From Schmidtea polychroa (lineage: Eukaryota): a stretch of DNA of 64,000 nucleotides. Below the pieces are notes generated by a model. That model was not told where the DNA came from. It did no database searches and saw nothing but the letters and a program-made list of their open reading frames with translations. The stretch is taken from assembly GCA_044892525.1 (NCBI GenBank), contig CM097885.1:53384001-53448000 (forward strand). Direction: 5' to 3'. The translations under genes and the position numbers were made by a program. Positions 60,699 to 64,000 of the stretch are shown here, in pieces (within the stretch, counting starts at the first letter, position 1; every line of letters starts with the position of its first letter).

Positions 60699-62043
60699 TA
60701 TTTCCTCAGCTTTCTCTTCAAGTTACATTTCTTTATTTTTATTCAAATTCATTGGTTCACTAGAGAAATTATTTTGTTTGATTAGTTTTTCAAATTTTGA
60801 ATTTAGTTTGAATGATTTTTTAGGCTTTATTTTCTACTGGTTTTCAGTTCTCATGGTCAAATTTATTTTTCCTTGAGTAACATTTTCATAGTAATTACTC
60901 TTAAACGGTTTTTTTTCACCAGGGTTCCATTAATATCTTGAAGATCAGTGGGCTTGGATCGGCATAAAATAAATTAAATTGAAATTAATATATACTTAAA
61001 TTGTTGTTACAAGTTATTATTATACAAGTTGCAGTTATAATTTAATAATTTAAAAATTTATTGGTTTAATCGTTTATTAATTAGATATCATTTACTGATT
61101 TAAATTTAAATTTCTATTATGTTTGTTTATATATCCTTATGATTATCATTTAAGAATATTATTTGAATTTGAATACTTTGCACAATTATTTGGTCGAAAA
61201 TAAAGTTTTCTTTTTGGAATTTTTCTCTAACCCATAAATTTTATAAGCTTTTGTTTCTATTTTGTACATAACAGCAATGTCAACACTTTATGTTGAAAGA
61301 TAACCATATCAGACATGAACATGATCATCACCTATAGAATGAAGACGTTTCAACACTAAAAAATGAATTTATCTTTTAAAATACTGTGAGTATTTTATGG
61401 CTAACTCAACTTAATAACAGACGCTGGATAACTTCAATATTGGAAATTAATTTAATCCATCAAGAGCGTCCATTTCTTCTGCATAAGGCATTGTGAAAGG
61501 TCGTTTTTAATACTCTTAAATTTAGGCAGGTTCACATATAATCTTTTCTTTTTAACTCACTTTAATGATTTGTTCCAGTGGGATTTATTATTCTCTATGA
61601 TACTACTTTTTAGTCTGATTAATTACAATTACAATCATTTTTCAGTGCAATTTTCTGAAGCATGTTAAATTATTATTTTAATGATTGTTCAAGCTCCTTG
61701 GTGTCGATTTTAGTCAAATCTAATTTGGGTTAATGAAATTTGCCCCGGTTAGCAGACCAATTTTACTATATATCAAGCTCGGGAAGCCACTAACCTGATT
61801 ATTAATTATTATTAATTTTTTAACAATGTCAATCCCTTATCAATCTGAAATTATCAAATTCGTTTTTATTATCTTATTTGCTATCAACTTATACTTTCCC
61901 CTCGAAAAATATAGATTTTTCATTTTTAACACATTTTTAAAATTAATTTTGTACACTGATTAATACTTTTAAATTTTGGGTTTTAATTGTTTTGCACCCA
62001 ATTTTCATGTATTTAATTTTTCATTCTTCGTCACTATATAACC

Positions 62044-62240
<197 letters not shown>

Positions 62241-64000
62241 AATACTTTTTTTCAAATGGCGCTGGACAAACCAGTAATCTTTTAACTCATTAATACCTTG
62301 ATCATTTAGTATCCATTTTACGCTTTTGGAAATTTTCACATCTTTTACTTATTTGACTTTAGTATTGAGATTATTAACTCAAGAAATATAATTCTTTCTA
62401 ATTTATTGTTAAATACATAACAAAATTTCTTTTGATATTTCAAGATAAACATGCTCCTACTCTCATTTAATAGCAAAATTTTACTTTTGATATTTTTAAT
62501 AATATTTTTGTAGACTTTAAAATATGAAGTTATTGGACAACTAGATTTAATTATTTAATTACGATTTAATTACAAAAAATGATAAGAATTTTCGACTAAG
62601 AAATAGTCTTCTTCAGTTTCGAGTAGATTTTTTTTTGATGAATTGAAATGTTTGTGAATAGATGCTGCTATCAGGAAATTATTGTTTTATATTATTTTCG
62701 TATAGTTATTGTCTTTTTGTCATTTATTAAATAAATTCTCTATCAGTATTGAAGTAAACTTTTTTCCCTATTTCTCAATCCACACTCCTGTATGAATTGT
62801 TCGATGAACATTAGATGAACGCGTTAGATATTTACTTCTTCAAATAGAATATGGTTTTGCTTGAAGCTAACCTTTTCTGCATTCAGATTCAATAACTAGA
62901 CTAAAGAGATGACTAATTTAAATTTGAAATTATATTATGAAAATATTTTTATCGCGAGGGTGAAGAGCTTTATGGTTTGTTCTAAAATTTAATTACTCTT
63001 TTCTTTTTTCTTCCAACTGTGAATTTATTCTATCAAAGATGACATCGGTATCCAAAATAAAACTTTTATAAAAGTCTAGATATATTAAAATTGGTGTCAT
63101 ACAAAGTTTTTTTTCTTTGTTATTTCATCGCTTTTTCGCACTTTGCTAACCATACCAACTTGTTATTTTGACTGCACGAATTATTAATGCGATTCTAGTA
63201 TATGATGCTGACTCCTCGTGCGGTTTATAGCAAATATAAGAAAAACGAATACAATAGTTTGATTTAAATTTCAATTAATATCAAGCTTATCAATAACACT
63301 TTGATTTACAATCTGCATTTGTCTTTTAACTACAATACGTAGGTAGCTCAATGTATATATATCTGCCTAGATTTTACTAGAAAATATTCACTCTAATTCT
63401 TCTTACCTCTATATTTAGCCCCACTAAAATCAATGTTTTCTTTTAATAATTTCGTCCAAACTGGGAGTTATTTGATTTTTGCGCTAATTTTATATTTCGC
63501 ATACATAATCTTCATTAATTATATTTTCCATTAGCTGAAATTTTTACATAAAATTAAACTAATTTTATTTCAGCTTAGCAGGATAACATCTCGCTTTCAA
63601 GCTCTGAAATTCGGTTCTTAATTGGATCGTTTAATTGATTTCAATTAATTAATTAATTTTCATTTTTTGAATAACATTCTCTAAGGACTTTTATCATATA
63701 ATATTTATATAATATCAGTAATCTTGAAATGATGAAATTCAAAAGCGCTGTTCTATAGATTTCAAGGTTGAATGCCGTTTTGATTACCAAAAAAAGTAAA
63801 GCGAGTCTTAAAAACAATTAACAAAATGAATATGGGATAGAAAACTAAGAAATGGGAACAGCATTTCTTTTTCATTGATTTTCATTTACCAGTTTCACAC
63901 TGGTTGTATTTTACATTCTATAATGAAAAATTATATAAGGTTGTCCCATAAGTTTCCCATAAGTTTCATATTAAGAAAAAAATAAACAATAATTTGTATT

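Overview
This is AT-rich eukaryotic DNA made up mostly of mobile elements. The short 40-50 nt spliceosomal introns, long (TA)n tracts and element types suggest an invertebrate, possibly a planarian flatworm, but that is inference. There is one host gene, a 7-exon JMJD6 (7823-11559, +). Two features stand out. (1) A Ty3/Gypsy retroelement (about 1-7258, minus strand) has a single reading frame running Gag, CCHC knuckle, ubiquitin-like domain, AT-hook, Bcl-2-like domain, chuvirus-type envelope glycoprotein, protease, RT. Only one in-frame TAA interrupts it, and the ORF track missed bases 1-3528 because that frame runs off the window. A decayed, divergent relative with the same UBL / Bcl-2 / Env order lies at 28826-30563. 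(2) A complete 16.3 kb Polinton/Maverick (11740-28069) has ~1.35 kb TIRs and a 6-bp TSD. It carries pPolB, integrase, packaging ATPase, major capsid, two tandem penton paralogues, an adenain-like protease, core-like proteins, an unexpected TATA-binding-protein-like gene and several intron-containing genes. The rest of the window holds two compact Gypsy elements with very short non-TG/CA LTRs, pogo, mariner, hAT, MULE and piggyBac-like remnants, a ~700-bp inverted-repeat pair and microsatellites. All protein family calls come from motif recognition by eye; no searches were run.
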